From Enoplolaimus lenunculus (lineage: Eukaryota), in NCBI GenBank assembly GCA_030248215.1, contig JASANG010003696.1, forward strand, positions 124,001 through 188,000: DNA of 64,000 nucleotides, given 5' to 3'. A program made the position numbers and the translations under genes. Positions 1 to 12,035 of the stretch are shown here, piece after piece. Positions within the stretch are counted from its first letter, which is position 1. Every line of letters begins with the position of its first letter. Below the pieces are notes generated by a model that was not told where the DNA came from, did not search any database, and saw nothing but the letters and a program-made list of their open reading frames with translations.

Positions 1-147
1 AAACTCCGTCGTCAAACAGCACAAAATAATTTAAGATGTACATGAAAACTTCTCTGATCTAGCTCGGTCAATGCATAACAAAAATGACGATGTCTTTTAC
101 AGAACAGGAAAACATCAACCTTATTTGTAATTTATATCAAACCTAAC

Positions 148-981
148 CTTCCGAAATGGCATTACAGTTGGCAAGGGCAGCTGCTGCATCGACAAATGGC
201 GTGAATGCAATCAGATCGACATTCGTGCAAAAACGAGATAAGTCGCCCACAGAAGCTTCTACCTGAAATATAACAGCGCTTGTTGTGTTTCATTGCAATC
301 ATGTCCGTTCAAGTACAGTTACATCCAGCAATGTGTTTTTATATATTAATTTATTCGCAAACGCCCTGTTGGTACAGTTGATTCTAGCATTATTTTCAAA
401 CACAGGCGTATTGCGTTTTTTGCAAATTGAAAACACAAAATGCAATAAAGTAAAGAAACCTGATTGGTAATGGTATATACACAGTACAGGGTAGTTATAT
501 ATGTGTGTATGCTATAACCATGGTTCCATCTGAATTCCTGTTCCGGCGTAAAATCCGGCAAATTTCAATTCCTGTTCGTGTTTTAGCGATAAACCACTGG
601 TTTTGCGGCAAACTACGGGTGAACTTAAAGACAAAAAATTTTCCTCTCGAAAATTTTGCTGGGAATAAGCTTCTTTTCACAGCATCTGTTTCATCTGCAC
701 ATTCCTCAAATGTTCAAGTTATCGACCAAGCATTTGTAGAATTTGGGAAACTGTTTAATAAAACAGCATAATTTATTTTGATTTATAGCGTGAATAAGCA
801 GTATTCCTGTTTCTATTCCTGTGAAAAAATAAATTCCTGTTCATTTTCCTGCTTCACGTGAAATGTAGCCCTGTAGGATCCTTACCTCTGAAACAATCTG
901 TCCGATGTCCTCGAACTCTTTTAATCTAAACAAAACATAGCCTGACGCATGCTCAAAAAGAAAAAACATAGGACCTTCCAT
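148..981 (-). CDS. NOP56: Nucleolar protein 56 (box C/D snoRNP core), 5' part only; exons 981-886 and 262-148, gene continues beyond window start
   Basis: The spliced translation [71 protein letters not shown] matches the recalled NOP56 N-terminus (LFEHAxGY...F.PF...AL.N.NA.SEG). Splice sites are donor GTAAG at 885, acceptor TTTCAG ending 263 and donor GTTAG at 147. Confidence 0.9.
283..415 (-). ncRNA. Candidate box H/ACA snoRNA in NOP56 intron 1
   Basis: Two hairpins on the sense strand (CGCAATACGCCTGT...ACAGGGCGTTTGCG and CATTGC...GCAATG) are joined by an A-rich hinge containing ANANNA. ACA follows 2 nt after the second stem. Length is about 133 nt and the host is a ribosome-biogenesis gene. 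Confidence 0.45.
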
Positions 982-2836
982 CTTATTACTGCCACTTTGT
1001 CAATGTAGCATAACTGTATTACGATATTCCTAAATGAGTATGTAAGTAGCATTAATAACAAATATATTTTTATACAATATACAGCGGTCACGAACTTCCA
1101 AACCCGTAGCTGTTCTTTTATCTTTTACACTATCTACCCTAACGCGTCGACCGTAGGCTCGCGGTAAGCATACTATAATTGCATATGCACAAGAACAATC
1201 TGAGTGACAGGCTATTGACTGAGGCCCCACCCTCGGCGTTCCCATTCGGTCCAGCTATTTCTTCTTTGGAATTGTTGTTATATTCCAATTCCGAGCCCGT
1301 GACGACTGTGATCAATGAATATTCAGTGTCTTGTTTTCTTGCAATAATAATCTTGTCAGGTGCCAAAGCTCCTTAAAATTATCTCATTTCCGACTAAATA
1401 TCAATATATCATTCGGCGTTTTATGTCATATATATTTTGTGTTGTGTTTTTAGGTTGTATTTCTCCTCTTTACGACCAATCTCTATGCGCTCAGTTTAAT
1501 GCACTTTTCCATTTCTGCCAATTCATCTCATTTTCCCCATGTTTGTGCAATTTTAAAATGTCATTTTATGTGATCTTATGTGTGCTTATTTGGATGTTTT
1601 TCTATCGTCCCGTTCCCATTTCCTACCAAATTATACGCGCGCATTTATGCATACTGCCAATTGCCATATCTGCATTTGTCACATAATGATGGATTATTAT
1701 TCGGGAAATTTCTGCGGTTTTTAAGTAGAGCTAGCTAGTAGAAAGTGCGTATTTCAACATATGGCGTGTAACTATGTTAAGCGAGTTAACAGCAACTTTC
1801 GGAATCATTTTCGCGTATTGGGAATAAATATTAAATAAACTATTTCTTATCATAATGAGCGTAGTGCAACGTGTAGTGTGACATGCAGATGAATGAAGGC
1901 AAATTGAAACCTCATGCTAATGCTTCACATCAGTGCTGATGCATATGTAGTGTCTTCATTCGCAATAGCGGCAAAAACGTGGAAGAACAAAGATAAATGT
2001 GTATTATGAGGTTCTTGTAAGACATAAAAACGAAAACCTCGGGAGTTGATTGCGAGGCAGCGTGGCTCTGTGGCTAGCGCGCTGGACAGATAATAGGTCG
2101 ACCGAGTTCGTATATCATTACGAACAATAAACGAAACGAAACGAAATTTGTATTACTAGTCACCAAAACAATCAAATCAGTAGGTCGAAAATCCCAGATT
2201 TTGAATAGCTATGTAAATAAAAGTATGTTCGAATGGGTTAAACCTAAAACATATAATAGAATCATATTATATTTAAAACTGAGAAAACACTACCACTATA
2301 TACCAGAAAATCTAGTAACTGAGGATCTATCAGCCAACAGGTCGCATCTTATGATTAGGCGATATATTTTCAACTGCAAGCATTACAATATATCATATTA
2401 TATCTTTCTTTACCAGCATCAGTTATTTTAATTAAAACTGAAAATGTATAACAAGAATAAACGCTTACATAACTGTTTGACGTCTATAAAAATCTGTACC
2501 TATCAAGCTTCTTCTCCTGAACGCTGGTCTTGATATTAATAATTTTGGTATTAACGTAGCTAGTATCCTTGTAGACAGTTTATTGTGGACTATCGATGCG
2601 GACACCTTTTTATATTGGAGTTGTTCTGTGACAGTCACCGGACTTGAATGAAGGTAACAATAAGTGGTCAATCATAAACGCAAGAGACATAACAGTTTCC
2701 TGGTCAGACGCACTGACCTAATCTATCAAAAAGTGCCTTCATATGCAGAAGCAGTAAAAACATTGAAGAACCAAGATGCATGTGTATGCTGAGGTTCTTG
2801 TAAGGCATAAAAACAGAAAAACTAGCAGTTGATTGT

Positions 2837-2916
2837 GAGGCAGCGTGGCTCAGTGGCTAGCTCGCTGTACTGATAATTTGTCGACGGAGTTCGAAACCTC
2901 CTGGGAACGTGCCTCA
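2837..2916 (+). pseudogene. tRNA-like element (tRNA pseudogene or SINE head; loop CTGATAA); degenerate second copy at about 2054-2112
   Basis: A-box-like TGGCTCAGTGG, B-box-like GAGTTCGAAACC and closing stem GAGGCA...TGCCTC are present, but the anticodon stem pairs poorly. Confidence 0.5.
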
Positions 2917-3698
2917 TTTTCACTAAAAACCGTCGTACCTTAGCCTACCCAACTTATCATAGTCCCTAATAGCAATCAGTTTACATATTAAAACTAGTAA
3001 TTCAACAGTTACTAGTCTTTACAAACAATGAACAGCTGACCAATTAAAAACGCTCTGAACTACCCGTTTATGCGTCAGAAGTTAAAAGCACAGATAAATA
3101 TTAACGGTAACGACTTGTCTTGTTTGTTTTTTTACGTTTATTTTACAGCCACATGGTACGGCTGAATAAAATTCCAAACCATAAGACGCTGGGTGTTCGC
3201 TCACCCGATCCTGCACCTATGACCAAGAAAATATCCAGCCGCCTAGTAGATAGGTATACGTAGCAATGTAGAGCATTGAAAATAAGCAACATTATATTGC
3301 ATAGCATATGTATATGTAAACAATTAATATATACGCATGTAGAATGCCGGAAGGGGTGTATGAATGTAAAGGGGCAGGAAACACCCACTTATATACATCC
3401 ATACTTTGCGAATTTTTAACAAAAACACCGAATCTAATTCAATTATCTGGAAAACTTTAACCATTAATTTAAATTTATTTTCTCCTGCTTGAGTTATAGT
3501 TTCTATCAAAGTGGTACGGAATATGGACAGTTCTTTTTAATAAGAAATGGATGAAAACAGCTACTTTTATTGTGCGAACAAAACAATGGCCTATGTATCG
3601 TTATGCTTACGGTTGTAGTACATCTATCGGTTAGTTGTAAAATTTTCAGCGCTCAGCGTATTTAAGCTTGGTTTGAACAGCTATTTCTTCCAGATATC

Positions 3699-5436
3699 AT
3701 GCGACGCGATATAAATAACCTGTTATATGAAGGATCAGGGTTTTTTCGGCAAAAGTTAATTTTGAGTACGTTAACCGGTCGCCCAATCCAGTTTGTTGAA
3801 ATTCGACCTCTGGATGATCGACCAGGTTTAAGGTAAGTAGAATTTATTACTGAATGTATGTTTCTTCTTTTCGAGTATTGGTGTTGTTAATTATGTACAT
3901 ATGTTTTTATATACATTTATTTTTTGTTTCTTACATTTGGAAATACGTTTACGTATATTCTATTTGTTTGACTCCTCATATATCACGGTTATATTTCAGA
4001 GATTGCGAGGTGAGATTTCTACGCTTACTTGATGAAATAACAAACGGCTCTGTCATTGATATCAGCCGGACGGGTACAGAACTGTTTTATCAACCAGGGC
4101 TTTTGCAGGTTTGTACTTCTGTTACCTGAAATTAATATTAATATAATATGTTTCATTTTTTAATAATATATCTACGCGCTAATCCAAGATGTAATGGCTA
4201 TGCGAAACTTGGTGTATTTCCAGCAAAGCAGTCAGAACTTCACATACTACATCAATGTCTTGCTTTATTAAGTTTTGCAACAACAATAGTATTGAACAGC
4301 TAGTATATCTTTCAGGACAATGTTATGACTTCCCACGCTTGCGACTCTTCGATTTACTGTATTATTTGTTCTCGATTTAATAGCTTTAGTTTGCAATTAA
4401 CTTTTCAGCATCCTGTGGATCCTTATAAGTATTGAGCATGTTGTTGAATTATGGTTGTATTAGTCGGTAAGTGTGAAGCGTTTTCCACCTATATTTATTC
4501 ATTAAATGTTTACAGGGTGGTCGGTTCGTATTTGAATGTGGTACCGAACGATGTGTGACATATTTCCTAGAAGCATTGATCTGTTTTGCTCCGTTCGTTA
4601 AAAATGCGTTTGATGCAACTCTGTGCGGCGCCGTATCCAATTGTCCAAATGATCTTGCAATTGACGTTATTCAACACGCCTGGTTACCAGTACTGAACAA
4701 ATTCGCGTCGAACTATTCAGCACCTGAGTTAGAATTGAAAATTCTGAAACGTGGCCTCAAACCGGATGGCGGCGCCGAAATCCTGTTTCATGCCCCGAGT
4801 GCTCGTCAGCTGAGCCCTGTTCAACTTACAACCCCTGGTCGGGTTCATAAGATCCGTGGAATCGCATACGTTTGCAAAGTATCCCCGCTGCTTGCCACTC
4901 GTATGGTTAATACGGCAAAAACGATGCTCAAACGGTTGCTAGGTGATATATATGTTCATATAGATCAGCGGAAAGGTGTGGCCAGCGGTAACTCACCTGG
5001 ATACGGGTTAATGCTTGCGGCACATACAACTGAAGGTACCGTGTACACCAGCCACGCTTGTTCAAACCCAGTTGGTGATGAACCGAAAGTTCCGGAAGAC
5101 GTAGGACATGAATCAGCTAAACTGCTTTGTGATGAAATATATCGTGGTGGTTGCGTTGATTCCACTGCCCAAAGTTTGCTGTGCTGTTTTATGGCACTCG
5201 GCCAAAAAGATGTTTCTACAGTAGTAGTTGGACCGTTATCAAATTATACGGTTGCGTTTTTGCGGACTATCAACGATATGACTGGGGTGTCGTTTAAAAT
5301 AGAATCTATCCGGGGAAATTCAAACCAGGAAGCCGGTAATTCAAACAGTGAACAGGTGTTGTCCTTTGGGTCGGAAAAGGTTAAGCTAACTTGTGTCGGA
5401 GCCGGGTTTACGAATTTGAACAAAGTGCTGCTGTAG
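3699..5436 (+). CDS. RCL1: RNA 3'-terminal phosphate cyclase-like protein (18S rRNA processing); exons 3699-3832, 4000-4108, 4516-5436; 387 aa
   Basis: Motifs FFRQKLILSTLTGRP, PGLRDCEVRFLRLLDEITNGS, KRGLKPDGG, SPGYGL, PEDVG, EIYRGGCVDS and C-terminal CVGAGFTNLNK are typical of RCL1. Both introns are GT-AG and phase-consistent. Confidence 0.95.
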
Positions 5437-5586
5437 TTTGTTTTGTTTGTTTTTTGTTTGTTTGTTTGTTTGCTTGTTATTGTCGGAGAAGGGGGACAAC
5501 TATTCTATATGATGGCAGCCTCACGCACCTATTTCGATTAAACAGAGGTATTTGAGGGACTGCGGGGTCAGGTACTATATGGATTT

Positions 5587-5965
5587 CAGGGTGCAAAGCG
5601 GAACTGGATTATACCGGAATCGGAATCGGAACAACAAATTTTGTGACTATACGGATAATTTGTAATAACAAGTATAATATTGATTTAGGGTGTCTGTTGG
5701 CTGGTAACAATTTTCAAAACGTCACATGAACAAATCGGCAATCATTTTTGGCTCTGTAAAGCTAAACTCCAATCAGTTATTGATAAGTTGACTTATCGAA
5801 AACGATTTGATGGATAAATGACGCAGAATTTTTATACAACATATCACAGCAAGTAGGCCTAAAATGAAAGTGTGGAAATTTCGATTCCGTTAGATTGTGC
5901 AATCGGAATCGGAATTCGTTTTGAACCGGAATTCTAATCGGAATCGAAATTCCGATTGCACCCTG
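5587..5965. mobile_element. hAT-like MITE, family E (CAGGGTGCAA termini, CCGGAA/TTCCGG-rich subterminal repeats)
   Basis: TIR CAGGGTGCAA...TTGCACCCTG with perfect 8-bp TSD ATGGATTT. Related copies or fragments lie at about 487-873, 6935-7690, 12290-13121, 26046-27468, 28190-28935, 32656-32858, 35933-36170, 42900-43288 and 43371-43676. Confidence 0.8.
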
Positions 5966-8900
5966 ATGGATTTGAAGCAGTATTTTGGATAACAAGTACT
6001 GAGGTTCTTGTTTATTTACTACGGATAGGTGTGATAAAATGTTGCTCACTTCACTGCAAAACAGTGATGAGCGATAACCTTCCTTTGGGATATAGTCAAA
6101 AAACAATTTAATTTTGAGTTCAGACTGCTTGGTTTACCAGTTTACCGCTGTTGTTTTGTTGTACCAAGTATTGATATATAACTTTCAAATTATGGTTATA
6201 ATATTGACGCTTGCAGTTCTTAATGGGATTCTCTTCCAATGTGCATGTTTACTTGTTATGTTAGCCCACGTTAATTTGAGACGAACCATTTTTTCACTGC
6301 ACTATAATAAAGTAAGCTAAAGCTTTGGACTATTTTTTGCTTAGGGTTAGGCTTAGTTATAGGGTTATTTCTACGCTGGAGCTTAAGGTTGGGAATCTGT
6401 TTGTACTAGTGTTAGCCACTCAAAGTAACATTGGCTATTATGTTTATCGTTTTCGTTAAATTCCATGGATTAGCGTGTTCATTGAATAAATTATAATGTA
6501 GTAAGTGAAGTGTTTTTCATGAATAAACTGGTATGACAAGAATGATGTAAACTGAACTGTAAACGCTGTATTTAAGGTGCAACCGGAATTTCGGTACAAA
6601 GTCCGATATTCTTCACTGTCCAAATCCGACATGAAATCCTGTATATTTTCATCGGACTTTCCCGTATTATATATCTGTATGCTAAAGTTATATTTCGACA
6701 AAATTCGTATTTTAGAACTCTTAGTAAGAGCACGATGGTAGCGAAATCTGAGAATTTCACAGAGTTTCATTAAATATCATTTTAACGTTTAAAGTTTAAC
6801 CAAAAAAGCGTTCCGTATTAACAATTTTGAGTTAAGTGCTAAAAAACCTTGTATAGTAGTAATATGTGAACGGAAATTGTGCCAAAAAAATGAAAATTTC
6901 GGCGGTAACAGTTATTTTCACTACCCGATTCCGGCAGGGTGCACCTAGAATTCCGGTTCCGTAGGGAAATCGGTATTTTTTACTATCCGGTTTTGGTAAT
7001 AAATCCGGTACTTTTTACCGAAATTTTCCGGTATTTTTGGTATTGAAAATTGTTCTATTCCGAAATTTAAGAAAAATTTTCATATTATTCTAACTTATTT
7101 TTCTATAAATGTTGTCTGGGCGAGCATTGCCAAATTTTTCAATTTGTGCCATTTATCATACGTTTCCGGTAGGGAGCAACCGGAGGTGAAAAATACCGGA
7201 GCCGGAGCTCAACGAAACTTGCCGGAGCCGGAGGTAAGTCGAAATTTTGTAGTGAAAACGATAGTTAATTAATTTTAGCCAATATCTGTTAATATGCTGT
7301 TAAGTTGTTTGGTTTTACGCTAATTTTCTGCGAAATTTCGGAAATGCTTTTCTGAAAATTGTAACAAAAGTGAAAAAACGCGCTAAACAGATAAATTTTG
7401 CACAATTATGTAAAATTTTACTACCGAATTGCCCGATCCTGTGGCAAATATTCTGCCGGAGCCGGAGGCCGATTTTCTACCGAAGCCGGAGGCAGAACTC
7501 CGGTTGCACCCTGGTTTTTAGCTAACTGCTTTTGTTTCAGGATTTTTAGTGTGTTTACACCATTAAAAGCGATAAAATAGCATAACAAATAAATTTTTCG
7601 GTAACAATTATTTTTTTGTTTTCATTTCGGTAAAAAATCGAGTCGTGTTTTCACTGTCCTTTTCCGGTATTTTATAATTCCGATTGCATTTTGGTTATGT
7701 CTAAACCTGTAGCACTTGTCCAAAGTTATATACTTTTAGGGCCCTAACTAAATTAAGCATATTCCTATGCTTAAGCGCTGACAAAAAAGTAATGGCCTTT
7801 CATGGACCTACCAGAAACCTTTACGCCCCTTATTGTCCCCGCGACTTAGTGATTCGATTTTGACTCTGGCGGAGTCAAATTCACTCAGTTTGCGGAGTCT
7901 CGTAGAGCCTATTTCGGAGAGAGTCAATTTGACTAATCATTTTTGCAGAGTATAGACCATCGCTCTCAGATATTCAATGTGTACATTTGATGTCACGTGG
8001 TAAGGACACTTATGTGAATATCATATGATATTCCAAAATTACAACGAATATCAGATGATTGCGCAGTTGTGCCTGCATTAAAATACCAAAAACACGCCCG
8101 AAAATTCCGTTCCGACACAAATCGCTCAGATCCACAGCGTCATAATTCGGAAATTCAAATTTCAAATTCTAGTATCATATGATATTCAACAGGACAATTT
8201 GTGTATGCTACCACAAGTAAAAGAAGACATTTGAAAATATATCGTGATATTCGCAAACATTACGTTGAATTATGATATAGAAAAACAAAAGGTGACTCAC
8301 ACCATGATAATAGCAGACAAAATTTTTGAATCCGATATAAAAGGTCTATAAGCAGACAAAATGTTACCCAATAGTCTAAATATGGGGGACAAACACATGT
8401 CCCAAGCTGCCCCGGTTATAACGTGAACCTCGCGTTAGGTCGGAGATTTTTCATTGCAATATTGTCATTGTCCTGTCGTAAAAAAGTTTAATCTCTCTTC
8501 TTTTCTATTGAGGTGCTCGGATATATCGCAAACAAACTCAATTGTACAGCAGAGAGAACGGTGCCAATCCCGTTTGGAACCTGAAATAAAGTAAATTCTT
8601 GACAAGTGTTTTTTGAGGAGCATTCGCCTAAAAAACGTTGGCTGAGCTTTGATCGTTTCTCTGTAAACGGTTTTTATTAGTAAATGATTTTTTTGCTATA
8701 ATTTTAAGTCAAACCCTATAGAGATACAGTTGATTCTTGTTTGCGTTCTTTTGTTTGGTCTTAACTTTAACTTCAAATACAATGTTTACGTCCAGAGATA
8801 ACTTTACTCACCCAAACCACCGGATCTGACAGTAGCAATCCATAAATAAACCATTCAAATCCGCATATAAACATCACTACGATCAGCGGAAACGGAAGCA

Positions 8901-9153
8901 TCCCAGTGGATTTGGTTCCTATGACTTCTTGCTAAAAACAATAAATTACAAGTTGTAAAGTGGATAGTAAGAATACCGAAAATCAATAGTGATCAAATTT
9001 ACCGAAAATGAACTCTCGGTACGCGTAGATACACTACAAAGTATTAAAGTTCAACATTCTTTCAATTGTCAAGTTTTGCACGGGGGACACAACGAACGGT
9101 TCTTCCTGCAAGACTGACTGCACAATAATATGCAGTGCAGTGTTAAAAGTTTA

Positions 9154-9333
9154 GGCCAATGCAAACAACAGGGACGGAACAGTATTAAGCATATTCCTAA
9201 GCCTAAGTTTAAGCCTAAGCATAAGAATGAGCATATTCCTAAGCGTAAGCCAAGCAAAAAATAGTCCAACGCTCAAGATTACTCTGTTCTAGTCCCACAG
9301 AAAAATGTTGTGCACCTGATCTTTACACGGGCC
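9154..9333. mobile_element. Telomere-repeat-carrying MITE, family A (Merlin-like)
   Basis: The ~27-bp imperfect TIR consensus is GGCCAATGTAAAGAACAGGGGCGGAAC...GTTCCGCCCCTGATCTTTACATGGGCC, with internal (GCCTAA)n. Flanks AAAGTTTA/AAAGTTTG give a 7/8 TSD match. Other copies lie at 12935-13093, ~15974-16160, 20383-20782, ~22870-23037, 31508-31640, 32421-32601, 33541-33748, 47221-47390 and ~54523-54690. Confidence 0.85.
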
Positions 9334-10179
9334 AAAGTTTGTTTTGTTTACCCCTGAAATTGCGTTAATGCCTTTTATGTTATTTCCAGGCTTCATAAAT
9401 ATGGTTTTTTACTTTCGTTTATGAGAAATTTCGGCAATATTTTCGAAAAATGTCCCCCCCCAATTATACAAACAAACGCAGTCAATAAAACAACTTTCGC
9501 AGAAGGTCGAAAGAATTTCACTACCGAAATTGTCAGAAGCAACGTCAAAATTTTTCCGGAGCGCAGGCTAAGTTTATACCGGTGTCGGATCCGACATACA
9601 CTTGTATGTGTGTGTGAATGCGAATAAGTATTATCCTTCATGAGAATGAAATTGGCAGTTTTGCAGTTCACACCACAATACGCTTATGTGGGAAACTTTT
9701 TCACTTGTACCATAGAATATTTTGTTTCTCTTTTTTTTAAAACAATTGCGAAAATTTTGCATTTTTGTTTCTCATGGGGGGCTGGGGTCCCCTAAATTGT
9801 TGTTGTAGGAAACATTTCCGCTGTGGGGGAAACTATAAGAGTACCTGAAAATTTTCAAAACTTTTAAAACCTTTAAATTTACAACATGCTTAGCAGTAAA
9901 AACTTAAAAACTATTTCAGCTAACCAGTTCTGTTAGGGGGGCACCCATTGTCATCACGTTCACAACTGCTCCGATCATTCCTAGGGTATTTATGGATAGC
10001 GCTGGATCATAAGAAAGTGCGCGAATTACGACGACAATTGAAGCCGATGTTATTAGTGCCGTTGATAGGTATTTGAGGAAACGAACCTAAAGATAAATTT
10101 TATAAATTTCAATTTTAAACTTAAAATTATTTCTGAAAATTTAATTTTGTTTCTAGCACGTGTTAGTGGCGTATATATA

Positions 10180-10492
10180 TATGTCGTAGGCCAAACTGCT
10201 ATTCAAGCCAATTGCTAATTGGTGTAGGCCAATCTGCTATTTTATGTAATAGCAGTTTGGCCTGGGCAAGCTGCTATTGAACTTTTGAACCAATCAGATT
10301 TTATTATTTGGACAGACACAATTCCGTTAACCAATCAGCGCTGGTTTTACATCACCGTTGTATTGCGATATCTCACAATCGCTATTTGGCCTAGGCTAAA
10401 CTGCTATTTGCTTCCAATAACCGATTGGTCTAGGCCAATTGGTAATTGGCCTGAATAGCAGATAGGCCTGAATAGCAGATGGCCTACGATAT
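10180..10492. mobile_element. TIR element, family H (ATGTCGTAGGCC termini; internal AGGCCAA.CTGCTAT and CCAATCAG repeats)
   Basis: Inverted ends TCGTAGGCCA...TGGCCTACGA; similar copies at about 13378-13600 and 34713-34930. Confidence 0.7.
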
Positions 10493-10995
10493 ATACAAGA
10501 AATAGAAGAGGGTTATAATTTCTCCTAAAATTTCTGGGGGCATAGAAATAAAGGGGCTTAGGCATATTTAAAGCAACTAGCTGAAAATCCAAAAATTTGT
10601 AAGCTAGGGGACGGGCCTTACAGTTTTATAAAAAATTTTCGGAAGGTGCTTTCGTCCAGTTGCCTGTAATTTAGAAACAAAGCTTTATATTAAGCAGGGT
10701 GTAACCGGATATCCGTGTCCGATAAATATGGGCGTCCGTTTCTGTTGCAGAAATAATCGAAGTTTCGTCAGTTTTATGCTCAAAATTTTAGCTATAAATC
10801 ACCTACATATTTGAGCTGTTTCATGGCAGGTATACTGCAGAAATATAAGTTAATGTATCCAAAATTGTAAAAAATGAATTTTGGTACATTTGCTATTTTC
10901 CATTAAAATGTTAGGAAGCCCAGTGAATAGGTATTTGCATGCCTCAGTTGTGTTGGCAGAAAAATAAAATATCACTGAAACTTTTATACTTCAAT

Positions 10996-12035
10996 GGCTG
11001 GGTTTCCAAAACAATACTTAAGTATTGTAGTGACCCGAATAACAGGGGAGTAATAAGAGGGGGTCCCCATTTTAAGTCCCAATCAATAGGAGTCCGTATC
11101 CCTAATAAGAGTCCGTAAGCGGATAGAGTCCTTAAACATTAATTAGAGTCTATAAATGTCAATTATCCCTAATTGTAGCGCATAAATGACTCCAGGTCCA
11201 AATAATTTGACTCCGAAACTTTGAAACGTACCTAAGTTTTGAAAGTACATTCCTACGTATAACCTTGCATTATCGCTCAAGCTATTGACACAACACAAAT
11301 AAACGTTTAATTCAACAGATAGTTGCAGCACCGGATATATATCAGTAACGAAGGGTGGCGGAGCGTGGGTTAAAAATATAACCGAATAACAAGGGGGACC
11401 CTCTGGAGAGGCTGTATAAATATCAGTCTTCCTCTTATTCGGGTCAATACAGTACTTACGTTTTGAAAGTAACATTCCAAAGTATAACCTTGCGTTATCG
11501 CTCAAGCTTTTGATGCAAGGCAAAAAACGTTTAATTTAACGGATAGTTGCAATACCGGATATATATCAGCAAAAAAGGGTTTCCGAGTGCTGGTTGAAAA
11601 TAAATAATAGTCCGCAACCGAATAACAAGGGGGGAGGTGCCCTCTGGAGAGGACAAATAAATATCAGTCCCACTTTTATTCGGGTCGCTACAGTACACCT
11701 TAGTACTTAAGTACGTGCTACTTAACCATTTTGTCGTTTTTAAAAGCGTACTTAAGTTAAGTAAATACTTAAGCCGCTGACTAAATTTGATTTGTTACAA
11801 AGTAACCGTTGAGCCATACTAACCTTGGTTTAATTGAAATTGTACACACATGGAGTCTGATTAACATAAAGCGAAACTATAACTTCCTTTTTATGACTAT
11901 AGCTCACATAGTCGTTTGTTTGTTTTTTGCTCAAAAAGTTAAGTAATTGCTTAAGTCGGTGACTTAACGGCGACTTAAGTAATTACTTGAGTATAACTTA
12001 AGTAAATACTTAAGTAAGACTTCAGAAACCCAGCC
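10996..12035. mobile_element. PIF/Harbinger-like MITE, family G (ACTTAAGT-rich), interrupted by a nested element
   Basis: TIR GGCTGGGTTTC...GAAACCCAGCC with 3-bp TSD AAT. An uninterrupted copy lies at 51386-51752 (TSD ATT) and a reverse copy at about 58004-58379. Confidence 0.8.
11025..11693. mobile_element. Tc1/mariner-type (TA TSD) non-autonomous element nested in family G, with an internal ~235-bp tandem duplication
   Basis: TA|TTGTAGTGACCCGAATAA...TTATTCGGGTCGCTACAG|TA. Segments 11225-11454 and 11455-11695 are near-duplicates, each ending in a right TIR. Confidence 0.7.

Noticed and set aside
1030..1700. Short ORFs or a structured RNA upstream of NOP56
   Set aside because: No recognisable protein motif, splice pattern or RNase P/MRP/U3/SL consensus could be identified by eye.
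263..4515. Intron-hosted telomerase RNA in NOP56 or RCL1 introns
   Set aside because: No sense-strand CUAAGCCUAA-like template was seen in the introns visible here.
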